A stretch of 64,000 bases of DNA from Octopus vulgaris (taxonomy: Eukaryota): positions 40,734,001 through 40,798,000 of the forward strand of contig OX597832.1 of assembly GCA_951406725.2 (NCBI GenBank). Reading direction: 5' to 3'. The notes below the pieces were generated by a model. The model saw only the letters and a list, made by a program, of their open reading frames with translations. It was not told where the DNA came from and did no database searches. Positions 25,341 through 36,897 of this stretch are shown piece after piece (the first letter of the stretch is position 1; each line of letters begins with the position of its first letter). The translations under genes and the position numbers were made by a program.

Positions 25341-25899
25341 GACCTTCCTTCTTGTGACACTTGTGAAGACTTGTTGAGGCAAGTGAAAATCAAAACAAAT
25401 CAAAATAGATGAACATCAATGGAGTTTGTATCTTTGTGGTACCAGTGCCGGTGGCACGTGGCACACAAGAAAACCATCCGAACGTGGCCGTAGCCAGTAC
25501 CGCATCGACTGGCCTCCGTGCTGTGGGCACGTAACAAACACCATCTGATCGTGGCCGTTTGCCAGCCTCATCTGGCACCTGTGTTGGTGGCACATAAAAA
25601 CACCATCCGAGCGTGGCCGTCTGCCAGCCTCGTCTGGCACCTGTGTCGGTGGCACATAAAAAACACCATCCGAGCGTGGCCGTTTGCCAGCCTCATCTGG
25701 CACCTGTGTCGGTGGCACATAAAATCACCCACTACACTCTCGGAGTGGTTGGCGTTAGGAAGGGCATCCAGCTGTAGAAACACTGCCAGATCTGACTGGA
25801 CTGGTGCAGCTTTCGGGCTCCCCAGACCCCAGTTGAACCGTCCAACCCATGCTAGCATGGAAAGCGGACGTTAAATGATGATGATGATGATGATGATGA
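25100..25899 (+). mobile_element. Long SINE-C: A-type head, (TA)n, ~62-bp tandem minisatellite, C tail
   Basis: Head at 25100-25255. GGTGGCACATAAAA units start at 25586, 25648 and 25711 (period 62-63), with diverged units at ~25450 and ~25523. (GAT)n tail. Confidence 0.88.
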
Positions 25900-25921
25900 T
25901 ATATATATATATATATATATA

Positions 25922-26348
25922 TAGGGTGTGGTGAACATATTGTCTAAATTATGCAAAAATGAAAATAACACTGACATCTCATTTTAACAGATATATTTAC
26001 CAAAATTACATAAAAGTATCTTGAAATACTAAAGAGTAAATTTATTCAATAAAATCGCCATTGGCTTCAACCATGGCCTCCAGATGACTTCAGAATCTCC
26101 TGCAACTCTTCTGGATGGTCTCCTTGTTTAAGTTGGTGAATGCTGCCATAATCCTTGCCTTAGGTTCATGTTTGGTGTTACAAGGAGTTTTGTTGGTCTC
26201 TCACTCAACTGAACCCCACACATAATAATCAAGGGGGTTGCAGTCTGATGAGTTAGGTGGACAAACGTTAGGGGTGATGTGGTCACAGAAATTATCTGAC
26301 AGCCATGACTGGGTTCTCCTGCTTGTGTGGTATGGTGCAGAGTCCTGG
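25922..26348 (-). mobile_element. Tc1/mariner DD37D (maT) transposon 3' relic
   Basis: Minus frame 26347-26042: QDSAPYHTSRRTQSWLSDNFCDHITPNVCPPNSSDCNPLDYYVWG...EAMVEANGDFIE*. There are 37 residues between the last two catalytic Asp and two in-frame stops. The end sits in (TA)n. Confidence 0.88.
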
Positions 26349-26859
26349 TTGACTTTGCCTTTCATCCTTTCGGGGTCGATTAAATAAGTACCAGTTACGC
26401 ACTGGGGTCGATATAATCGATTAATCGGTTTGTCAGCCTATTCTTATGAAGCCTCATGTCTGAAGGGCAAAATGACACTTGTCTTGAGCCCCTTGTGGTC
26501 TTCTGCTCCACTGATTTTGGGTAGCAAAGAAATAAGTATTTAAGTGGCTTTTATTTTATGAAGCCTCATGGCAGTCTGAAGGGCAAAATGACACTTGTCT
26601 TGAGTTCACCTCAGAACTGAAAGAAATGTAACTAAGTACTATAAAACATTTTGTCTTCTGCTCCACTGATTTTGCTATTCATAGAGCGAAGAAGTATTTA
26701 TAATGTAGACGCCAGATCATTCTGTCTTGGTAACCCTGTACAAACTCATTAAATATGAAAGGTAAAGTTTAGTGGTAAATTTTGTTTTAAATAGAAATAC
26801 ATATATAAATATTTATGGAATAACTTTACATTAAGGAGTGGAACGTAGTTTCCTTTAAG

Positions 26860-27055
26860 TCAGACTGCCTCATGGTCCCAGCAGACAAAATAGAAAAGGG
26901 GTTGCTCTTGAGGATTCTGAGGGAGATCTACTGGAACAGTCACCCTGATTCATGTGGCTTGCAGACAGCCGTCCCTTCCATGATAGCAGCAAGCCGGGAT
27001 ATGGTCTGAGGGCCAAGACCCCTGGAGGTCTTCACTGCCACAGGCTTGACCATCA
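26860..27055 (-). mobile_element. CRE-like RLE LINE C-terminal relic
   Basis: Minus frame LMVKPVAVKTSRGLGPQT...PHESG*LFQ*ISLRILKSN resembles the CRE C-terminus FVPIAVETxGxWGP...EPRE..FLFQRxSxAIxRGN. Confidence 0.6.
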
Positions 27056-27308
27056 GGTAATTTTGTTCAGAATGCTACCGATTCTAGTATCAATGGTGTT
27101 AATAAAATGATTTTGTGGTATTGTTACAACCTTTTAAATTTTGAGTTCAAAACTTGCTGTTGTAGACTTTTTACCTTTCATTGTTCCAGATCTGATAAAA
27201 GATTTACCAATGAAGTATTAATGTTCCTTCAATTAACTCTTACTAATGACAATGCGAAAAATCATTATCTCTGAGTTATAAAATATTGAAAAGCAGAATT
27301 AATAAGAT

Positions 27309-27701
27309 TTTACTCTTTTACTTGTTTCAGTCATTTGACTGCGGCCATGCTGGAGCACCGCCTTTAGTCGAGCAAATCGACCCCCAGGACTTATTCTTTG
27401 TAAGCCCAGTACTTATTCTATCGGTCTCTTTTGCCGAACCGCTAAGTAACGGGGACGTAAACACACCAGCATCGGTTGTCAAGCAATGCTAGGTGGACAA
27501 ACACAAACACACACACATATACATATATACATATATACGACAGGCTTCTTTCAGTTTCCGTCTACCAAATCCACTCACAAGGCATTGGTCGGCCCGAGGC
27601 TATAGGTAGAAGACACTTTCCCAAGATGCCACGCAGTGGGACTGAACCCGGAACCATGTGGTTGGTTAGCAAACTACTTACCACACAGCCACTCCTGTGC
27701 C
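27309..27701 (-). mobile_element. Young SINE-A copy
   Basis: Reverse complement of the young A consensus. Confidence 0.92.
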
Positions 27702-27918
27702 TGGAATAAATGTATTATATTATGAGTTGAATTTCTGCTGGGACAACTCTGCTGCCATATTATTGTCTTGGAGTTCTGAAATCAATTCCTGAAAGCTGCC
27801 AGTTTTGTTTGGCTCAATATTTCTCTCTCATTCTATTCCCTCTTCTATACTCTAAGTCCTTTATTGAGTTGCTAGTCTCTCAATTTCTTTATTTTCACAT
27901 ATGCTCTTCAGATATTGA

Positions 27919-28147
27919 TTAACCCTTTAGTGTTCGCCTTATTCTGCCAAATATAATGCTTCTTCATCCACATTGTTTTGAATTAATCATGCATTATCTT
28001 GTAGCTGTGAGATTTTGATGAGGTAGCTGTTAATTTTTAAAACGATATTGTAGGGTTGGTGTGAGAGACCAGATCTGGCCAGTTTGAACATAAAACAAGC
28101 AGAATACTTTTGGCCGGATACGGCCGGTTTAAATGCTAAAGGGTTAA
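27919..28147. mobile_element. piggyBac-type MITE P2
   Basis: TTAA|CCCTTTAG...GCTAAAGGG|TTAA; homologous to 4219-4445. Confidence 0.88.
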
Positions 28148-28459
28148 ATCCTCCCAACTTTTCTTCTCTGTTAATGTTTTCCTGAATTAGATGGTAAAAG
28201 AAACTCCTTTTTTTGTTTCTTTGATTTCTATTTTTTTCTTTCTTGTGGACCTTAATTTATAAAAGTATAATAACTGCACCCTTACTAACCGAGACAAAAC
28301 CCAGATTTAAAACACTGGATAAGTATCAGTACTTACCCCCTAACAATGTGTGTTGTCAATCCTGTCATTGACAGTGTATCTATAACAAAGTCCTATGGTG
28401 ACCACCCAGTCCACATAATTGTCAAGAAGACACTCATCCTAAGTGTATCTTTTGCTAGC

Positions 28460-28646
28460 TTCACTCATTGGACTGCAGCCATGCCTTGAAAAATTTTTAG
28501 TTGAATGAACTGATACCAGTACTTATTTTTTTCTTTTTTTTTAAGTCTGGTACTTATTCTGTCAGTCTCCTTTGCCGAACTTCTAAGTTACAAGGATGAA
28601 AACACACCAACACCAGTTGTCAAGCAGTAGTAGGAGGACAAACATA

Positions 28647-28698
<52 letters not shown>

Positions 28699-29107
28699 CA
28701 TATGTAATGCAGGTGTGGTTCTGTGATTAAGAAACTTGGTTCCCAATCATAAGGTCTTGTGTTCAGTCCCACAGCACAGCATCTTGAGCAAGTGTCTTTT
28801 ACTATAACCCTGGGTTGACCAAAGCCTTGTGAGTGGATTTGGTAGACAGAAACTAAAAGAAACCCATTGTGTGCGTGTATGCCTGTCTGTCTGTCTGTCT
28901 GTCTGTCTTTGTCTCCCACCACTGCTTGACAACCGGCATTGGTTTGATTACATCCCTGTAACTTAGCAGTTTGGCAAAAGAAACTGATTGAATAACTACC
29001 AGACTTTAAAGAAAAAATGCACTGCGGTCATTTTGTGTGGCTAAACCCTTCGAGGTGGTGCCCCAGCATGGCCACAGTCCAGTGACTGAAACAAGTGCAA
29101 GATAAAA
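28460..29107. mobile_element. Adjacent inverted SINE-A pieces: minus tail (28460-28700) and plus copy (28709-29107)
   Basis: A-tail motifs on both strands around a (CA)n tract. Confidence 0.8.
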
Positions 29108-29329
29108 TATGTATGCATTTATTTTTATATATTTTAATATTGGTTTTTGTTTGAAAGTTAATAAATCTAAAAACGAAGAAAAACTGAGGAATGTCTGTGA
29201 GAAGAAATGTTCTGGTGTCTTGGAAATCCAGTGATTTATGTGCTCAAGGAATTCTAATTTGGCACAAATCCAATAGTCTTTTTTCCAATATTGTGTGTGT
29301 GTATGTGTGTGTAATGATTCAATTTCCCT

Positions 29330-29568
29330 AATGTGTATGTGTGTGTGTATATATGTATATATATATATATATATATATGTATACACACACACACACGCAC
29401 ACACCACACATATATATATACACACACACACCACACATATATATATACACACACACATACACACACACACACATATATACACACACACATACATATATAT
29501 ATATACACACACACACATATATACACACACACATACATACACACACATATATATATATATACACACAC

Positions 29569-29628
<60 letters not shown>

Positions 29629-29662
29629 TCACACACACATTCACACACACACACACACACAC
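29330..29662. repeat. Compound (TA)n/(CA)n array
   Basis: Seen directly in the sequence. Confidence 0.95.
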
Positions 29663-30499
29663 AAATTATGGGTGTGTGCATATATTATTTATTTGAATAT
29701 TTCATGATGTATGTTGGTCGTTTATTGATATATTGGCAGTTGGGTAAGACCTGATCTTCCAACTGCTGGTGCTCCTCCCTCGCAGGGAAAAATTACATTT
29801 TAATTAAAATATTACCAAAGTAGACTTTTTTTCCTCTTTCAATTTATCAATTCTTATTTTCAGTTGTGGTTTTTCTTCCATAAATTGTTATCATTCATAT
29901 TTGTTTTTTCTTTCTGTGTTCTCATCCAACTGGGTTCAATTTTTGCCTCTCTTCCTTCGAGGGTTGGTAAAATAAGTACTAGTTACGTACTGGGGGTCGA
30001 TTTAATCAACTGCACCTTTTTTACTGCACCCAAGTGTGTGTTTTTGTGATAGTTTCTGAAATGATAATAATAATAATAATAATAAAAATACTACTGCTGT
30101 GGTAAGTAGCTTGCTTACCAACCACAGGGTTCTGGGTTCCACATCGATCATTTTCAGCCTTATCTCTCTGCAGATTTCAAGATTTTGGCCAAGGTGTTAG
30201 CAAAAAAAAATTGGCACTTGTGTTGGTAACTTTATTGATGATGCACAAACATGCTATATCATAGAGAGCTTGAGTAAGGAACTTGGCATGGGTGGGGCTC
30301 AGGTGAATGCTTTTGATAGTGTGCTGGTCACCAATACTTGGTGGATGTCCTCACAACAACCAGTTTTAGTCCTACCTTCAGCGGCTAAATTGTTGCAGTG
30401 TACAGCACCATCTGCTTAGTGGTTAGGATAAATTCCTGCTGCTATTTTTAGCAAGTTGGACAAATCTCATTGGCTCATGTTAGTTTCGAGAATGGGTGT

Positions 30500-30752
30500 A
30501 ATAACTGTTCTATCTGCGACGATTTCATCTCAATTGAAGGAGAGGGGCTTTCTCCGTCTGGGTTGCAGATCCGTGGAATAAGCTGTCGGACGAGATGGTG
30601 AAGATGCCGACGACCGCTCGGTTCAAAGTCTCCCTTGACCACAAGTGGCCTGAACTCTTTACATGAACACCACCCTGTACATAACTCCATGTCCCCCTAC
30701 ATGGCCTTACTTTTTGCTTTTTGAGCCAAAAAATTAACTAACTAACTAACTA
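30500..30752 (+). mobile_element. Second CR1-clade LINE 3' end with (TAAC)n tail
   Basis: LFYLRRFHLN*RRGAFSVWVADPWNKLSDEMVKMPTTARFKVSLDHKW..* followed by TAACTAACTAACTAAC. Confidence 0.82.
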
Positions 30753-31813
30753 AGTAAACAACGAGTCCTAAGCTCCCCCTTTTTCTTTTTCTGCTCTAAA
30801 TGAAGGGTGTGGGGCATTCAGGACTTTTGTTAGGCTTAGTTTATAGTTAGTTGACCAATTTAATAGCTTTGTTAATGAAGTTATAAGAGTAGAAAATTGT
30901 TGCTAGATAAACGATGTTTTGCTCTGAATTACATCTCTCTTTAGACCCCCAAATTATTCTCTTTCATTTATGCCAATTCATAATTACTTCCTTATTGCCA
31001 TAAAAACCAAGCATCATTTATTTCCCCGTCATTCAATGTATTTGTAATATGTTTCTTTATTTTCTTTCTTTTTTTGATAAGTTCACTTATGCTAACACTG
31101 GACAAAATGCATTCTAGTATATGTTCCCAATCTTTATGTTCTGAGTTCAAATCTTTTTGAGGTTAATTTTGTCTTTCACCCTTCTGGGTCCAATAAAATA
31201 AAGTACCAGTCAACTATTGGAGGTTGATATAAATGTTTGTTCTCTTCCTCCAAATTTGAGGCTTTGTTCCTTTGTTAGACATAAGGTATATTTATTTTAC
31301 TTTTGATTTGAAATTTGCTTCTATTTAAAGCCGATAATTTTCTTTGTGTTTTAACTTATAATGAAGTTTTGTCTTTTCTTTAAATACGCTGCCTCAACTA
31401 ATGCAAGGTTTTGCTTATAGCCTGGACTAAGTTCTCCTTCAGCCTTGGCTTTCTCTCTCGCAATTTATGCATTGCTTCAATTAAACATCACAGAAATTGA
31501 ACCATTAAACATACATGTATACATGCACACACTCATGTGCATATGCATGCATGTATGCACATGCATATGCCTGCACGTGCACACACACGGAAATCAAACC
31601 ATTATATAGACACCATATTGAAAAAAATAAATTGGTTTTGTTCTCAGCTTATACTAAACTTTTTTTAAACCTAAATTGTGCTTTATCTCAATTTATTCTG
31701 GGTTTTGTGTTTATACTGATCTTTGCCTGTGTCTCTGCAGATATTTATCTCTGTCTACACAAATGTATACCTACCTCTATATAGATATTTATCTCTGTCT
31801 ATATAAATATCTA

Positions 31814-31900
<87 letters not shown>

Positions 31901-32899
31901 CTCTCCTTATATGTATACCTCTGTTTGTTTGTTTGTCTGTCTCTGTATATAGATAGATACACACACACACATGTATGTATGTATACATATATATGATTGT
32001 ATGTATACACACACACACACACATATATACACATACCTTTATCTATGCAGATGTATCCCTTACTAAGGATCTAAGCAAGTTTGTTCTGCTTGAGGCCTCA
32101 GCAAACTGCAAGTTTTTTCTCTCCCCGATCCCTGTCATATTTTTACTTCATTTTACATCATGCCTTAGCCCTTATTTTGATTTTGCCCAGTTTCCCACCA
32201 CCATCACCACTATTTACCTATCTGTATGTCTCTTGTTATATCGTAACCCTTGAAAGAAGTTGGGATAGAAAATCCTTCTCAAAACTCTACAGAGTTTTTG
32301 TTATTTGAACGACTGCCATTGTTCCAAGACCTCCGATTCTTCATGTAAAAGTGACATTTTGAAATGTTCCTAAATTTCCATTAATAAGATGAAAGATGTC
32401 ACCTCATTGTATCTCTTTTGTAAACATCTTCATCAGAGATATCTCCTTGGTTTATGAATGTTCCATGACTGTGTCATCCTTATCAATACTAGCCCCCCCC
32501 CTCTCTACTTATCCACTTCCATTAATCATTAGTCATAGCAAAAGCCGGAACTACTGAAAAGACAGCTTACAGTGTTGTTGTTGTTGCTTTTATTATCCTT
32601 CCAGGATTGATTATATAAAATAGCAGTAATATACTGGAGTTGATTTATTAATTGATGCCTAATTTGTAGCCATATGCCAGTTTGAGAAATCATCTCATCA
32701 TCATCAGTTTTCTGGTTAGAACTATCAAGGCAGCGAGCTGGCAGAATTGTTAGCAAGCCAGACAAAATGCTTGGTGGCATTCTGAGTTCAAATTCTGTCG
32801 AGGTTGGCTTTGCCTTTTGCTCTTTCAGGGTTAACCAAAATTAATACCAGTTCTTCTCACCACTCTCCTGAAATTGCTGGCCTTGGGCCAAAATTTGGA

Positions 32900-32971
<72 letters not shown>

Positions 32972-32988
32972 GTTATTATTATTATTAA

Positions 32989-33038
<50 letters not shown>

Positions 33039-33401
33039 AGCTGGCAATATTGTTAGCATGTCAGAAAACGAAATGCTTAGCAGTAATTTCTTCTAGCTCT
33101 TCATGCTATGTGAGTTCAAATCCTGCTGAGGTCAACTTTGCCTTTCATCCTTTCTGGGGTTGTTGATAAGACAGAGTACCAGTCAAGTACTGGGGGTCGA
33201 CGTAAACGACTAAAACCCCTTCCCCTAAAGTTACTGGGCCTCGTGCGAAAATTAGAAAGAGTTATTTTGGTTGGTGGAGGAATAAGAGAACCATAAAAGC
33301 AGGGGACAAAATGCTTTCCTGTATTTGTTGCTGCTCCTTATGATCTGAGAGTAGATCTGACTGAGCTTAACTTTGCTTTCCATCCCTTTGGTGTTGATAA
33401 A

Positions 33402-34015
33402 TGAACCCTTAAGTGTTCAGATTATGCTGTCAAATGTTTTGATTGTTTGTTCTCGTTAGTTTGAATTAATCATGCATTATGTTGCAGCTTTGAGATTTCA
33501 ATGATGATCATCATCATCATTGTTTAACGTCCGTTTTCCGCGCTAGCACAGGTTGGACGGTGTGACCGGGATCTGGGAAGCCAGAAGGCTGCACCAGGCT
33601 CCACCAGGCTCCACTCTGATCTGGCAGAGTTTCTACAGCTGGATGCCCTTCCTAATGCCAACCACTCCGAGAGTGTAGTGGGTGCTTTTTACGTGCCAGG
33701 CGAAGGCTGGCAATGGCCACGACTGGTTGATGCTTTTTACGTGCCACCGGCACGGAAGCCACTCAAGGCGGCGCTGGCATCGGCCACGTTCGGATGGTGC
33801 TTTTTACATGCTACCGGCACAGAGATCACAACTACAATTTCCATTGACTTTTGATGTTGATGTACTTGACTCAATAGGTCTTCTCAAGCACAGGTCTCCT
33901 CATTTTTAGAATGACATTAAAAGGTTGGTGTGGGAGGCCAGATATGGCTAGTTTGAACATAAAATGAGAAGAATGTTTGAGCTGGATATGGCTGGATTAA
34001 ATGCTAAAGGGTTAA
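33402..34015. mobile_element. P2 MITE containing a SINE-C insertion (33508-33893, minus), itself inside an old SINE-B
   Basis: P2 left and right halves are collinear with 27919-28147. The flanking B sequence resumes after GGGTTAA. Confidence 0.75.
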
Positions 34016-34904
34016 AGTACCACCAATCGAGTCCTGGAGTCAGTTTAATCAACCAACCCCTTCCTATGAAATTTCAGGTTTTGGGTCTCTGTTAGTAGTG
34101 ATGATGGTGTTGGTAGTTATTATTGCAATATTTAGGCAGTGCGCTGGCTGCATCATTAATTAGCATGCCAGACAAAGTGCTTAACAGCATTTCGTCTGTC
34201 TTTGTGTTCTGTGTTAAAATTCTTACCGGGGTCGACTTTGCCCTTTTGTCCTTTCAGAGCTGATTAAAAATAAGTACCAGTCAAGTACTGGAGTTGATGT
34301 ATACGCACACATACACACACGGCAGTAACTTCCACCTTCCAAATTCAATCACAAAGCTTCGGTCAACTCAGGGCTATAGCGGAAGACACCTACCCAAAGT
34401 GCCACACAGTGGGACTGAACCTGAAACCATGTAGTTAGGAAGCAAGCTCCCTAACCACACAGCCATGCCTCCATTTTCTCAAAAACTTCTGGCCCTGTGC
34501 TAAAATTTGAAACCCATTATTATTGGTGGTATTTAGTTACATTTTTTTTATACTCTACACTCACATCTTGCTAAGGGGTCAGCTTTTACTTTCATCCTTC
34601 TGTGATGGGTACCACTATTCTCACTGTCACCACCACCACCACCACCACCACCGACACCGTTTCTATTTTCAATGTTGTCATCATCACCATTATTCTGTTA
34701 TCAATGTCATTGTCGGCGTTGGCACCACCACCACCACCACCCCGCCAATATTGTCATTGTCACAATTAGAAAAGAATTTTTTTTCTTTTTCCTTTTAATC
34801 TAATCTCTGTAACCTCTTTTCCTTGATTGTATTCTCGTTTCATTTTTGTAATGGTGTTCCCTTTGGCAAACTTCTGGCAAAATAAATAATTCATCGCCAG
34901 CATT

Positions 34905-34908
34905 GTCG

Positions 34909-34939
<31 letters not shown>

Positions 34940-35182
34940 AGTCATCATAATAGTGATGGATTGTTGTTGATGATCAGCAGTATGATCATCAACACTATCA
35001 TCATGATTGTTATTCCTTTCATCCTTGTGATCAATCACCACTACCACCACCATCATCATCAACCTCACTGTTGTTGTCCTTGTCGTCATCATCATCATCA
35101 TCATCAAATCAGTGCCATCATTATTGTTTCAATCATTAGCCTCCTCTTCCTCCTCCTCCTCCTCATCACCATCATCATCACC

Positions 35183-35213
<31 letters not shown>

Positions 35214-35256
35214 CCACCATCATCACCACCATCATCATCACCACCATCATCACCAC

Positions 35257-35294
<38 letters not shown>

Positions 35295-35519
35295 CCATCA
35301 CCATCACCATCATCATCATCATCATCACCATCACCACCATCATCATCATCATCATCACCATCATCATCATCCATACCACCACCACCATCACCACCATCAT
35401 CAAATATTTTTATTGTTATGCTGGTTAAAGCAAGTAGTGAATGTGCAGTGAAGCAATGTACAAGTATTGTTGGTTGGCAACACCCATACCACCACCACCA
35501 CCACCACCACCACCACCAC

Positions 35520-35562
<43 letters not shown>

Positions 35563-35577
35563 TATACCACCACCACC

Positions 35578-35617
<40 letters not shown>

Positions 35618-35620
35618 TCT
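34905..35620. repeat. (CAT)n/(CAC)n/(AAT)n/(AGT)n low-complexity array
   Basis: Seen directly in the sequence. Confidence 0.95.
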
Positions 35621-36492
35621 CAAGTGCACTGACGCAGTAAACAAGAGTGCAGCCAATCCATGCAAAGACTATGGTCTGTCGCACTGGAATATGAGAACCA
35701 GAGAAATTCCATTGGCCGCAAGAAACAATATGCATTGGATGGTGGTAGCAGTGGCAGTGGTGCCGGTGCCGGTGTTGGTGTTGGTGTTGGTGTTGGTGTT
35801 GGTGTTGGTGTTGTTGTTGGTGTTGTTGTCGGTGTTGGTGCCGGCACTTCTGTGGATAAAGTATGTTGAATGCCTTCAGCCATGTTTGCAAGCGAAAGGA
35901 TTCTTTGCTGCATATTAAAAGCTGTCTGTACTAAAACTCTGTGAGTGTGACAGGAGGCTGGTTTTGTGTATGCACATGGTGGAAGAAGGCTGGTTTTGTG
36001 TGCATGTGTATATGCATGTGTATGCATACGTGCACATTGCATGTGGTAGTAGAAGGATAGTTCTGTATTGTAGCGAAAGTTTTCGCAATAAAAAAAAAGA
36101 AAAACAATAATACTCTCAAACTATTTCGAAGTATGGAGTCGATTGATCAGTTTCCGAATATGTGATAAGGATAGCTGGGCAAATGGCAGACTCTGTTGTT
36201 TATGCTGTTTATCATTATTGGCGATGCTATTGTTGTTGTAGTTGTTGTAGTTGTTGTTGTTGTTGTTGTTGCTATATCGGCATTTTTTGTTTATTGCCTA
36301 TATAGGAATTAATTTTGGTTTTTAAAACAAAACATTGGCTGTCGGCCAACATTTCTATAGGGGTGTGTATCTATGTATGCATATCTGATCGAATTGGTGA
36401 CTGCATGGCTGCAAAACTTTAATCGTCCCCCAAGAGAGTAGAAATCAGAGTTGTTTCTGGCAGAATTTGAACTCAGAATATAATGAAATCGA

Positions 36493-36897
36493 GCAGGAAT
36501 GGCTGTGTGGTAAATAGCTTGCTTATGAACCATCAGGTTCTGGGTTCAGTTCCACTGCGTAGCACCTTGGGCAAGTGTCTTCTACTATAGCCTCGGGCCA
36601 ACCAAAGCCTTGTGAGTGGATTTGATAGATGGAAACTGAAAGAAGCCCGTCGTATATATGTGTATGTATGTATATATATGTGTGTGTGTTTGTGTTTGTC
36701 CCCCCGCCACCAACATTGCTTGACTGATGGTGGTGTGTTTACGTCCCTGTAACTTAGCAGTTTGGCAAAAGAGACTGATAGAATAAGTACTAGGCTTACA
36801 AAGAATAAGTCCCGGGGTTGATTTCCTCGACTAAAGGCGGTGCTCCAGCATGGTCGCAGTCAAATGACTGAAACAACTAAAAGAGTAAAAGAGTAAA
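36493..36897 (+). mobile_element. Full-length SINE-A copy
   Basis: Head, hinge and tail present. An inverted A tail follows at ~37111-37340. Confidence 0.9.

Noticed and set aside
25447-25730. Regularly spaced repeats resembling a CRISPR array
   Set aside because: The spacers are themselves near-identical. This is a minisatellite inside a eukaryotic SINE, with no cas genes.
26859-27062. GC-richer patch ending in CAG|GTAATT as a possible DGK exon
   Set aside because: The plus frames read contain stops and do not resemble DGK. The minus frame fits a CRE-like LINE relic.
34961-35632. Poly-His/Ile/Ser/Asp ORFs, also at 5161-5566, 17518-17966 and 22579-23068
   Set aside because: Trinucleotide repeat arrays with no credible splice context or homology.
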